A DNA stretch of 60,779 nt, the filler included, from Porpidia crustulata (taxonomy: Eukaryota), in NCBI GenBank assembly GCA_964255105.1. It is 3 parts of 3 records of this genome, joined end to end, with 100 filler letters (N's around TTAATTAATTAA, not from the genome) between each part and the next. Parts side by side here need not be neighbours in the genome. Positions count along the whole stretch, not along the records: positions 1 to 20,205 come from CAXUWE010000124.1; 2 more parts are not named here. One strand, 5' to 3'. This document shows, piece after piece, positions 1-10,878 of the stretch (position 1 is the first letter of the stretch; each line of letters opens with the position of its first letter). The notes beneath the pieces are model-generated. The model ran no database searches and was not told where the DNA came from. It saw only the letters and a program-made list of their open reading frames with translations. The translations under genes were made by a program, and so were the position numbers.

Positions 1-532
1 AAAAGGGAGGGAGCAAGAGGCTTTCGTCGACATTGAAAAGCGTTCGTGCAACTATTTCTGGAACGGGTCGGTTAGGTAAGGGATAGCAAGGGATGAGATG
101 GGCGTGCAGCACATCCGATTAGCTTAATGAGAGACTTTGATTTTGCTATATCTAAAGAAACAGTGATGCAGTCGTTATAACAAACAAGAACGCACGGCGG
201 TCCACTCAAAGCCACGCGTCATCCCGACTCGCACGCGAGAAGGGAGAACCTGCAGAACCGGCCTTGTCATCGCAAACGTCGCAAACCATGGTCCTATGTC
301 GTGAAAAGAGAAGAAATGTATCGGTGCTCTACGACAAACATCGCGAAAGAAAGACCGCACGTGTGTATAGACAACAGGGGAGGGGGATTAAGAAATGACA
401 GTTATAAAACACATCATGCTATCGACAGCTCAGCATCGCCCGCTTCCCGGAAGGTTGGCTGCTGTCGATCTGAATCATCTACCCAACCCCAAACATACGC
501 ATGCACACCGCAATGAAACCTGTACGACACCC

Positions 533-1351
533 TTAATCGCGATGACCGGCGTCTCTCGCAGCCTGTTTCCAGTACATGACTTGACTCTCAAGATCTGCAA
601 CCTGAGCCTCCAGTTCCTCGTGCCTCAAAAGACGCTTTTGTCGAGATTTTCGAGCAGCCAAGGTATTCCGGGCACGCTTGAGTTTAACGGTGTCATTGGG
701 ATCGTCGACAATGATGGCAGGCAAGGGTTTGTCTCGCCGTCTGGAGCTCACACCCGCAGCAGACGCATGACGTCCTTGAGTGGAGCTACGGGCAGATGAC
801 ATGCCAGGAGAGGAAGTGTTGCGAGACATCTGCGTTGGAAAGAAAGTTTCCGAAGTAGATTGCTCGGTCGATGGGGCGATTTTGGCGTCGTTGAAACCAT
901 TGAAATTGTCATTATCATCAAAGAGTGGAAACATGTCGCCGGATTCCGGAACATTGTTGTCGGCAGCAAAGATTGGTGAAGTATCAGTGCTCAAGTCATA
1001 ATGTGGAGACTCCCAGTTGTTCGATTCCGGCGTGGTCAGATTTGTAAACGCAGTCGATACCGGCTCCGAGTGAAGTTGAACGTCCTGTGGAGAGACGCAA
1101 GGCGAGATGGTGCTATCGAAAGAGACCGGCATCGAGAGATCGATTGCGTCTCCGCCGTTGGAAGAAAAACCAAAGTTTGAGAAGAATTCGTCAGAAGCCG
1201 CCATACCCTGATCAACAGAGAAGTCGGCTAATTCGTTGAAAGAATGGTTCTCCTCCATCATGCCTGACGGTGGATTCATTAGCATGGTCGAAATTTGCAA
1301 ACAAGGCCGTTGAAAAAAGCTACCTTCAACTTCCGATGAACGACGGGACAT
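533..1351 (-). CDS. cpc-1: Cross-pathway control bZIP transcription factor (Gcn4/CPC-1/CpcA orthologue), main AUG-initiated ORF, ~252 aa; exons 1351-1324 and 1263-533
   Basis: C-terminal basic region and zipper DTVKLKRARNTLAARKSRQKR...LEAQVADLESQVMYWK; Gcn4-family activation motifs VSPQDV, STAFTNLTTP, TDTSPIF, MFPLF. First in-frame AUG at 1351-1349. Intron 1323-1264 reads GTAGCT...GCTAAT...CAG. Confidence 0.95.
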   Translation of the reverse strand: MSRRSSEVEGSFFQRPCLQISTMLMNPPSGMMEENHSFNELADFSVDQGMAASDEFFSNFGFSSNGGDAIDLSMPVSFDSTISPCVSPQDVQLHSEPVSTAFTNLTTPESNNWESPHYDLSTDTSPIFAADNNVPESGDMFPLFDDNDNFNGFNDAKIAPSTEQSTSETFFPTQMSRNTSSPGMSSARSSTQGRHASAAGVSSRRRDKPLPAIIVDDPNDTVKLKRARNTLAARKSRQKRLLRHEELEAQVADLESQVMYWKQAARDAGHRD

Positions 1352-2020
1352 ATCCCCAGTGCTCTTGCTGGAGAAAAGAGGTACAGGAGGTCGAGTACGA
1401 GGAGACTGCTGCCCCAGGGCCGTTGACGACGACGGAGCCGAGGAAGCGTAAAAACGATGGGATTGACCAGTAGGACTAGACTGTTGCGGAGATGTAGACA
1501 GAGTACCAGATCCGTTACCTTGGATAATATGGCTCACTCGCGGATTCTGGATAGGAGACACAGAAGAAGTTTGTTGCCGAGTAAAGTGATTAGCTTGCGA
1601 TTGTTGACGACCGTTGTAGGCCGGTCCAAGGCGGTAATTAGGGGCTGTACGAGATGTCCCCGGCGCAGGCGTGGTCTGTCTGCGGGAGTCGGGGATGCCG
1701 GTCGTTGTGGTCGGAAAGAGAACGAAGTCGGTCTCCTGGTTTGTTCCAAATTGGTGTGTTGATGGCGTGGGAAGCCTTGGTTGCTGGGGTTGGGTAGGCC
1801 ATGTCTGGTGATGATCCGTGACGAACGACTGTGAGTCGTGAGGCGGAATGGTTGCTGTGAAGTGGGAACTTGGGCTGTTGCGTGAAGCAAAGCTTGGATT
1901 CAGAATATCCTGTGGAGGAGATTCTGCGGTGAAGGGTTGAGTGGGGTTGGTAACGTGCTGTTTGCTGGAACTTATCTTGTCGGTGTGGACGAGACGGTAG
2001 CTTGGAGTGAATACGTAGAT
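1352..2020 (-). other. Stop-free in-frame N-terminal extension of CPC-1 (223 codons), probably translated from non-AUG codons
   Basis: Codon-by-codon reading shows no in-frame stop or AUG between the uORF1 TGA and the main AUG. It encodes QETDFVLFP, NPRVSHIIQGNG, FYASSAPSSSTAL and RPPVPLFS. In-frame near-cognate codons: ATC 2020, ATT 1906, CTG 1903, ATT 1849, ACG 1819. Confidence 0.8.
1638..1802 (-). promoter_or_regulatory. cpc-1 uORF2 (54 aa, MAYPTPATKASHAINTPIWNKPGDRLRSLSDHNDRHPRLPQTDHACAGDISYSP*)
   Basis: The only other AUG between uORF1 and the main AUG. It is out of frame with the main ORF and stops at TAA 1640-1638. Position and size match the inhibitory uORF2 of cpc-1/cpcA. Confidence 0.85.
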
Positions 2021-2035
2021 TCAGAAGGCAGCCAT
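2021..2035 (-). promoter_or_regulatory. cpc-1 uORF1 (ATG GCT GCC TTC TGA, MAAF*)
   Basis: Short AUG-initiated ORF in good context (GTT ATG G), downstream of a pyrimidine tract. It is in the same frame as the main ORF. Matches the short reinitiation-permissive uORF1 of GCN4/cpc-1 leaders. Confidence 0.88.
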
Positions 2036-2090
2036 AACAATGCTATGGATGTCTTCAGGTGTCGTTTGGGTTTGTTTCAGTAGTGTGTAG

Positions 2091-2135
2091 AGTAGAAGAA
2101 AGATGAAGGTGAAGAAGAGAAGAGGAGAGAAGAGT
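2091..2135 (-). promoter_or_regulatory. Pyrimidine-rich CT box, likely cpc-1 core promoter / transcription start region
   Basis: GA-rich run on + (CT-rich on the coding strand) just upstream of uORF1, typical of filamentous-fungal core promoters. Confidence 0.55.
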
Positions 2136-2212
2136 AAGGCAGCGGTGGGCACCAGGCATCTTAAGTGCGACGGGAGGGACAAGTTATCGCCCGAAGCGGC
2201 CTAATTCGAATA

Positions 2213-2219
2213 TGACTCA
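2213..2219. promoter_or_regulatory. Gcn4/CpcA recognition element TGACTCA (proximal), cpc-1 promoter
   Basis: Exact TGACTCA within ATGACTCAC, ~180 nt upstream of uORF1. Confidence 0.7.
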
Positions 2220-2706
2220 CAGTTCGCACCCTCGACGACTATTCCTGATTGGATGAAATCGGGAAACACGGGGTGCTAGTTCCGCGTATGGGACTTGGTA
2301 CGAACTGCCCTATCATGGTAGTGCTACGGAGGGAGTACATATTTGGCTCGAAAAGCATCAAGAGACACCCCATGAAACACGTATCTTCTCCCATTCCTGC
2401 ACCGCAATTCACTGCGACTTTCGCACATATACAACCACCTACGAACTCCATCTCAAGGTAACCAGTACAGCTGAAGTCCTCCAGGCAACAAGGCGCAGTA
2501 GAAGCCCTTTGCGACCCGTTCAGCTCGCAAGTCGTGGAACTCCCTCCCTAGCTTCCTAGCGTCATCTGGATATCCCACATGATTCGTCGCTGAAGCGAAG
2601 AATTCGCTCGTTCCGCCGGACTAGTCCCAGGATAAGCGTAGTGCGGGGTTCAATCTCGCACATACTGCACGTTGCTGCGTCCATCCAATTGCGCCTTGAA
2701 CAAATG

Positions 2707-2713
2707 TGACTCA
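2707..2713. promoter_or_regulatory. Gcn4/CpcA recognition element TGACTCA (distal), cpc-1 promoter
   Basis: Second exact TGACTCA (GTGACTCAC) in the same intergenic region. Confidence 0.55.
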
Positions 2714-3323
2714 CGCCCTTCATGACCCTGCAGGACGTCCCATCATAGCTATATAGCTTAGCAATCAATTCGCTCACCGCAATTTCAGCGTCTTTGCGAG
2801 CCCCCAATCCCGCCAGTCTGTCGAGTCGTTTTCGAAACCAACTCGCTTAGGCAAGCCCCAAGTTCCCCAGTCTTTCATTGTGTGGGAGGCACACAGCGTG
2901 ATAGGTAGCCGGCGTGCCGGTATCACCGTTCCCTCACCACGGCGTTTCTGCCCTGTGAGCCTTATAAGCCCTAGTACACCTGCTTCTGCATGAGTGCGTC
3001 ATCAACATGTCAATCACTCTCGCGCGCAGCAGGTTGACATCTGAAATCCATTGTATTATGATTATTACCAGAACGGTTTTTGCCCTAATGGCCGAGCGCA
3101 CTTGCTCCGATAAGAGGGGTGACGCGGGGTATCGGAACAAAATCATGGGGGTATTGAGCGACTGCCAAAAGCAAACAGTGGTATCAATCTAGCGAAAGCA
3201 TGCAGAAAACCCAGAAACGAGAGTGAACATGTTCAGTCGAGGTGCAAGAACGACAAAAGGTAAAAGGGATCATCGAAGCAGGGTGACCATGGGGCCAACG
3301 TGCGTTTTACTTGTGTCGACAGT

Positions 3324-5733
3324 TTATGCTGACGCTTCCACAGTCGGTGTCTGTCGCGGATGGCCCGAGCTGATGGCCTCAGCACCAACATCTCCGATTG
3401 ACTTGTCCGCGGCAGGCATGTGGGACTCCGCGGCAGTCTCACCGTTGGTTGGGGCCATCTCGGTCGTAGTGGGAGCATCCTTGCTGATGGGCGTAGCGGT
3501 GTCCGCCGCCTCCTTGGGAAGGGCAGGCACGGGCTCAGCGGCGGGCTTCCCACTCTGAGCACGGCTCGGCTTACGGAAAAGGCCGCCGAGCTTCGAAGAT
3601 GCCGACTTCTTGCCCTCGCCGTCTGTTACTTCGCCATCAGAGATGGCTCCAGATTTCTTTTCCTTTTTGCTACCAAGGGTATTGAAGAATGATTGACGAC
3701 GACCCTTGGTGGCATCCGGGGTAGTGGCGGTGGCAGCTGGAGAGGTTACGGGGGAGGTGACTGCGGCAGCGCTGGTCTCTGCGGGCGCGGCAACTGGAGC
3801 GGCAGGCTCAATGGACGTAGCGGGGATGGTTGACGCTCCACTTTCTGCTTTCTCCTCGGCCTTGATATCTTTCTTCTCCTGGTTCAGATTAGTGAATGGC
3901 ATTGGTAGATTCTCAATTCCCTACTTACCTCCTGCTGCACTTCTTTTTGCTTCATGAAGCTGAAAATGCCACCCTTGGACGCTGAAGGAGAGACATTCTG
4001 TTTCGTCGGAGGCGCCGGGCTTGCCGCTGTGTCAAGCTTACCCATAGCAGCTGCTGGAGCAGTCTCCGTGGGTTGAGGAGCAGCTGCGACTGGATTCTCA
4101 AGCTGGGGCGCATCGGCAGGAATTGCCGTGGACTCCGCATCCTTGGCCGGTACGACTGGCGCTGCTTCCTCCTTGGTAGGGCTCATAGCGTCCTTTTTAC
4201 CGAAGAAACTGCCAAAAATAGAGTTTCTCTTGGATGGCCTTGGGGCAGTCTCCCGAGCAGCGGAGGCCGCAGCTACCGGCGTCTCACCGGGCGCGGGTGC
4301 GACGGTGGGCTCCGCTGCAGCCAGTGGAGCAGTCTCTGCAGCACCAGCAGTCTTGACACCTTCGATAGGCATGACTGGCTCAGCAACAACACGGCTTGCT
4401 ACTGTGTGTCAGTAGCAGTTGGGGAATGGAGGGTTGAGAGGGCTGCCTACCGATACCAGCGGCGTCAAGCTTTCCACTTGTGGGAGTGCCCTCGTGCTTA
4501 AGTTCCTTCTTCTCTTCTTTCTCTGCTTCCTTCACAGCCTTCTTCTCGGCCTTCTCTTCGCTCTTGACCTCTGCCTTCACAGCCTTCTCCTCCGCCTTTT
4601 CTTCCTTTTTCTCTTCCTTCTTGACATCATTTTCTTCCTTCTTCCCCAAAAGAGTTCCAAAAAGGCTGTTGCGCTTGCGAGATTGTGAGCGACTCTTCTT
4701 CTCTGTTGCGGTTGAGGGCGCAGGCTTAGTCTCCTCGGTGGCCACGCCATTTGTCGCCACAGCACCACCGGCGACAGGTTCCTCAGCGAGCTTACCCTCA
4801 GTACTCTTTTCCGGCCTCGACAAAGACCTCGATGCAACAGGGGCTGCAACTAATGCACTAGTTCCACCTATAGGCAATGTAAGCATACCGTTATGAGCCC
4901 ACTGAGATGTAACCCACCAAACTTGTCAAGCGAACTCTTGTAGCCGGCGCTACTTACAACACCCTCACGGGATCCCTTTGCTTCAGTTGCTTGTGTCTCG
5001 ATTGCTGCTATCCATGAATCACGATCTGCGCGGTTGTGGGCTTGAAAAGTGTGCTTGTGACCATGGAGCTTGAACGAGAAGTCGTTGGAATCCAATTTGC
5101 TCACATCAGAGATGTCGGCCTAATAGTGGCATCATCGTTAGTTTGAATCAAGAGGTGGCAGATGGATAGTGGGAAGGACATACCAGATTGATAATACCGG
5201 CTGGATGAAGCTTATCTTCCGCACGCTTGGCGAAAAAGAGCAGACCCTGTCCCGTCTGTGTGGCATGGGCAGCATTGGGATGTGCCAGGTCGGACTTCTC
5301 GTTCGACACGTATCCGAGAAGATGCTTATGCTCTACAGGCTCATCGCTGAACCAAAAAAACTTCTTAGAGAAGATAAGGCTCCTGATTGAATGGTGTCCT
5401 GGTTAGAATTGAGTAATCGTTTTGGGGACGAATTCCTTACTTGACGAGACCTGGGGCTTTGTACCCCAGGATACCCTCAGTCATGGGTTGAGCATCGACT
5501 GCTCCGGTAGTCGTTGCACCAGTTCCCGCTGCCATCGGGGCTTCGCTAATTGCGGCAGTAGTTGGAGTGGTGGTACCGTTAGCGATCTCTGATCGACTCT
5601 CAGGGTTCAACGCACTTGTCTCGGTTGGTCGTACAGGATCTGTCGAGGCCTCAGGGACAGTGGTGGTGATGGGCTCAGTGGCAGCTGGATCAGCCACTGC
5701 AGCCTCCCTAACTGCTGGGTGGAGTTCAGACAT
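3324..5733 (-). CDS. Meu6-like PH-domain protein with long Ala/Pro/Glu/Lys-rich disordered tail, ~711 aa; exons 5733-5441, 5382-5184, 5119-4918, 4867-4451, 4398-3929, 3878-3324
   Basis: Spliced product reads EGILGYKAPGLVKSLIFSKKFFWFSDEP...GLLFFAK...PAGIINLADISDV...FSFKLHGHKHTFQA...RDSWIAAI, a fungal PH_6-type domain. Five GT-AG introns join in frame (2136 nt total). Confidence 0.88.
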
Positions 5734-7235
5734 GATTCGAAAAGTTAGGAAGGTGCTGCTGAGATTCGTATGTCAAAAAAAGCTACTTCGGCGGTTAAGT
5801 GAAACCCGCGTTTGTTTTTCTAGTAAACAAAGTTCAAGCCTATGCACCTGATGAGCCACACGAGTAAGCACTGATAGCTTAGATAGCTTTCTCAGCAATT
5901 GAAGAATGAAAACGGTTCAAGATTCCTGCAAAGCTTGAAGACGAAAGTGTTGTTGTTATTGAAGAAAGAGGTTAGGTTTCAGGAAATTTTCTGAGATGAA
6001 GGGAGAGACACGCTAGTGCTTGAAGCAATATCGGGAATAGCCGTATCCGCCTCCTCGCCCTCCTTACTCGTCGCTTGGCGTGACTCGGAAATTTGGTAGT
6101 CAAGGAGTCGTGAAAACTTAGTCTGTGCGTTTCTCGTGAACAAGGAGCATCTACAAATTTATATTAATATATGTGTCAATCTACATGAACGTCCAATTGG
6201 CGAAGCCGTGAGGTTATAAATACGATACGGTTGAGCGGGGAAGATTCCCAAGTCCTCGCAGCCCATGGTATCAACTACTCTCTATCGCGCCGTTGTCGGC
6301 CTATCGCAACCACTACCCTATCACCTTACTAAACAGTCCCGAGACGTCGCATGACCTTAACGCCGCATGGCCTACGACCGTCTTACTATCGATCGCAGCG
6401 TTATCATGTGCGTCCGGCTCCCACAGCTTGGAAGAAGCCCACCACGTACCTCAGAGCATATTTATCACGCCAGTGACCAAAGGTTGATAGCGATTCAGCA
6501 CCTAAAGTTTAGGGTGAACGTCAAAATCGCAGGTAAAGCGAGATCGACGATGCAAAGGCCGCTTGATCACGTCCCTCCAAGACTTCGTACTCGCATGATT
6601 TCCTTGACGATATATGCGTTGTTCAGGGCAGAGATCACACCATCGCCCACGATGCACCCATCCGTTGTTTTGGACTATGGCTGACCAACCGCCGTGTCGG
6701 AATGATCAAACGATCCAGTCGATGTTGTCTATCTACATTCTGCCTTGTTCCCTGACCGGGCCAAGTGCGTTTGAGCCCTGCGCTTGGCATACGAATTGAG
6801 TGGTTCTTGAGAAGGAATTCGGCGCCGAATTGAAATGCAAGACGCTTCGCTCCAAGTCTTTGATAGGAGTGTATCACGTAATCAGGCTCTCTTGGCCTCA
6901 CGCTGTCCGGTGGGTTTGGCAATATCTACCAAGGAATCTGTAAATGCTCACTCGATCATTGGAAGAGGGCAACACGTGCATCGATCAAGGCTTAGGTTCG
7001 GCGTGGGGTAAGGTATCCCATGTTTACACATCGCTCTTACCCATCCTCGGTCAAGCTCACTTTGAAGTTCAACAAATGAAAGACCGGTAAGTCGTTCTGG
7101 ATCACTGCATGATCAGCATTAGTGTAAGAGAAAGGAGACTTTTCTGGAAATATCCAAAAACCGCCATCACTAATTGGATCACTCGAGATCTATCGCAAGA
7201 CTTTCTGACCTCGTGTGGTATATACAATATGATTA

Positions 7236-10200
7236 TCATCCACTCGTGAGCAACATGTATTTGGTGATGGCGTCCATCCTCTCACTCGTCAGCTTGAGAC
7301 TTATCTTGAGCAATTCTTGCGCAACATCCGGCTGATTTTTCTGTATATCTTGCCATCTGTCTTCGTCAAGCATCCAAACAATGCAATCTCGGTCTGCCGA
7401 CGTTGTAGACGTCCTCTGGGTACCCGAAAAAAAAGGAAGCTCGCCACATGTTGTGCCAGCAACGATCAACTCCGTAAGCTTACCTTGCGGCAGCACATAT
7501 TCTGCTTTCAGAATGCCACTTTCGAGTAGGTAGAAGCCATCCGGAGGTTCGCCGCGCTCGTACAGAATTGTTCCAGCGTCGTAAGCTTTACGGATGAAGA
7601 ATGGTATAGTACGACACCAGAATTCCTCTTGTTTATCAGATACTGCAGAAAAAGTTTGCAGTATCAGCTGCAGCGGTTGCTTATAATCTTGCCATCTTGT
7701 TAAAGGCTCCGACTCGTGTTCGTTGAGTGTCGTTGTAGCTACTCGGTGTAGATGATGCTTTCGCGGAGAGCTGAATATTGTCTCTGAAGAGAGGCCAGGA
7801 GTCGTGTCTTTGGGGATGTCTACATGGTAATTAGGAGCCGTGCCGTTTATTCTGATGCCCTACTTACTTATAATGGGGGTGGATTCTGATTCTGACAGCG
7901 CATCCCTCTGCTCATACAACGTCTTTAAGAGCTCATTTTCGCAATCTTCCAGTGCGGAGTTGAGAGTTTCGAAGTAAATTACTCCGTCGGCAGTATCGAA
8001 AAGCCCTGCGTTTCGAAGGCCTTTGCCAATATCTCCATCCATTGTGATGCCGCAGATGATAAGATGAACATTATCTTCACCAAGTAATCTTCTTATACGT
8101 GTGAACGCTTCTGTCGCCGAATAATCGACACCATCCACGTTGTACAGGTCTAAAACAAGAAAGCGAATCGGGCGATTCTGGGACTTGTCCAGCAGCAGAG
8201 CCCTGATTTGCTTTTCGACGCCCACAATGGTACCGAAAAAAAGGTAGCCGGCCAACTTCATGACGTGTATTTGCTGCCCTGCCTCTTGCAGAAAGCGGTG
8301 ATGAATGGGGTGTCTTCGCACTGTCGAACTTGCAACACCGCCAGGTAAAGATCCCCGAATGGCCGAAATCTGGGAGGTTTGTAGGACAAAGCTAACGCAG
8401 GCCAGAAGAATGCCCACAAGAATACCTATTACAAAATCCCAAGCTCCCATTGTAACGACAATGATGACGATCTGTTGACTATCTAAGCATAATCTTGGAG
8501 TTTTATGGGAAAGGAATCGTACCGTGAAGTATTCTAAGCGGTGGACTTTACGCCAGGGATCTATCAGGCCTTCCTTCATCAAAGAGAAGCCAAGATAAAA
8601 TATTAGTGCACCCACAACCATGATTGGAATAAAGCCGATTATCACGGGACCAATGACGAGTATTCCAAAAGTAGCCATAGCGAGCATAACTCCCGCGATA
8701 CGGCTATTTCCGCCACTTCCTACAAAGAGAACGGTGTTCGTGTAGACCAGGTAGTTCTGCAGCGAGATCAGCCTGCTGGAATATATGGGTGTTACTTGGA
8801 GAGTTACCTGTATACTCCCACAGAAGCCTGAAAGAGCATTGGACCATCCATGAGCTCGAAGCTCACGGTCAATGTCCACGTTGTCTTCGCCTAGAGACAA
8901 ACCCAGAGCAGGGACATTAATGGGCACATGAAGTACCCCAAAGAATGTCAAAGCTAGCATTGCAGGTATAGTAGCACCAAGCGCCTCCCAATCTACGGCC
9001 CGAAAATCTGCAACCCATGAGCGATATGTCAATCCGAGGTATTGCGCCAAGGCTTACCATAGAGGGAGTAGAAGTGGTAAAACGGGACGCCAGCTTCAGG
9101 CGCATCGAACACCCAACCCTTCGCACGAAGCTCAGGTAACACGAGGTCTGGAATAGCGGCGACAAAAAAATAAAAAATTGCGATGATGGACAAAAAATAA
9201 GTAGCGTCAGTCAGGGAATGCTTCACCCATCGTTTAACAAATAAAAGAACAATGGCGAGAACCAGGGGTATCATCCAAAGGAAAATCGTTTCAATCTCAA
9301 AAAGTTTCCGCAAAGTCGTCATGTTGTACTCCAGATTACCGTCGAGCCTTGCGGAAACCTCGAGCCCAGTGGCCACAAGGAACCAACCTACGCCACCAAT
9401 GCAACCCATCAATATGTGCGAAGGGAAAAAACCGATTAAAGATCCAAGCTTGCATTTGCCCATAAGATAAAAGACAGCACCGGTAAGGACAGAGCTTAGC
9501 GAGTATGAGAGTATAGTGGTCGCAAGGACCGCGCGTGGATTCTCTTCGCCGACTCGGGCAAGAATGGTGAAAGCCATTTTGTGAAAGAATGGGACGACTT
9601 CGATCTGCGACCGATTAGCTACGAGTGCGAAATCGGAATGCACGTTGTACCATTTCCGAGCCTATGCCTCCTTTGAAAACACTGCCACCACAGGAGTATA
9701 CCAGTTGCGACACGATGCAGCTCACATAGAACATCGAAATTCCATCGGGTCCAAGACTTGCGAAGATGGGCTGGCCTAGAGGAAACAAAATCATCCCTAC
9801 GACATTTGAGCATTCCAGAATATCAGAGACATCTCGCGTTACTCTTACCATAAGATAATGCATCGAGAATATTGAGGAGCAAACCCAATATCATTGGTGG
9901 CACATAGCTGGCCGGCTGACGCAACCCTCGTTCTACGATGACTTGTCGATCCCAAGTCTTCGGGTTGGTCACTCTCCTAATGAGATATCCAGTGCGCTCT
10001 GTCGATCGATGCAGTCTCCTCCGAATATGGCTTATGCGGCCTTTGTCGGCCGCTTCTTGGCTTTCAATGTCTTGAACCGAACCACATCCCTTGGATCTGG
10101 CCGAGCTCTGGGCAACTTTCCGAAGTAGTAACGATGTTTGTTCGTCAGGCTGCGAGATTATGCCCTCGCGGACAGTCACCGGTTGTACACCCGTTTTGCC

Positions 10201-10878
10201 AAGTATATCATCTTCCCAAGTCTCGGTACTACCTTGATCAGTCGGGGGCAAATGCCTCACCGTCTCTGTACGAGCAGATGTTCCATGGGAGAGGCGCGAG
10301 GATTGTGTCGAGTCTGGCGATGTCGGCTCGGATACCTCCTTAATGACGCCCGGCCGGGGTGAGTCGATCGATTCCTGGCGACTCAGTTCATTCTGTTCCA
10401 CTTGTCCCAGAAAGTAATTGTCGCTCAGAGACGCTCTATCGTTGGCGGCCGAGCTTATGTGATGGCGAGCTGGTGAATGACCGCTCCGAATAGACGCTAC
10501 ATCCGAGAGCGCCCAAGAGGCAAGTTCGGCCGTTTCTTCACGTACGTTTTCCGAAGCATCTAGTGTATACTCTACAGGAGCTGGGATACTGAATTAGGAA
10601 GGCCTACGAGTCCTAGCCAAGAATCACTTACTATGTTGGTCATGAAACGAGCGGTGGAAGTATGATCTGGCCGGTGTCTTCTGGTTCATGGAAGAGGAAA
10701 ACGACAGTCTTGCCACAGAAGAATCTGCTCGAGGACGCCGAGTACCATGTGCGGAGCCCTCGATATCTTGGGCTCCGTCATGTTCATTGAGATCTCTGGT
10801 CGGTGAAGCTCTTCCTTGGTGGAGCACATGTGACAGACGCGAGCTACTTCTATTCCTGGTTGCACGAGGGGCCGACAT
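7236..10878 (-). CDS. SulP/SLC26-family transporter with STAS and cyclic-nucleotide-binding-like domains (yeast Vsb1/YGR125W-like), ~1097 aa; exons 10878-10632, 10580-9849, 9796-9651, 9604-9058, 9007-8808, 8756-8523, 8471-7868, 7819-7236
   Basis: Motifs [65 protein letters not shown]...DGVDYSA, and C-terminal GFYLLESG...[11 protein letters not shown]. Seven canonical introns; 3294 nt total, divisible by 3. Confidence 0.92.

Noticed and set aside
533..1561. 342-aa GTG-started ORF as the true cpc-1 model
   Set aside because: The ORF track uses bacterial starts and reads through a 60-nt intron. The frame actually extends to 2020, so GTG 1561 has no special status.
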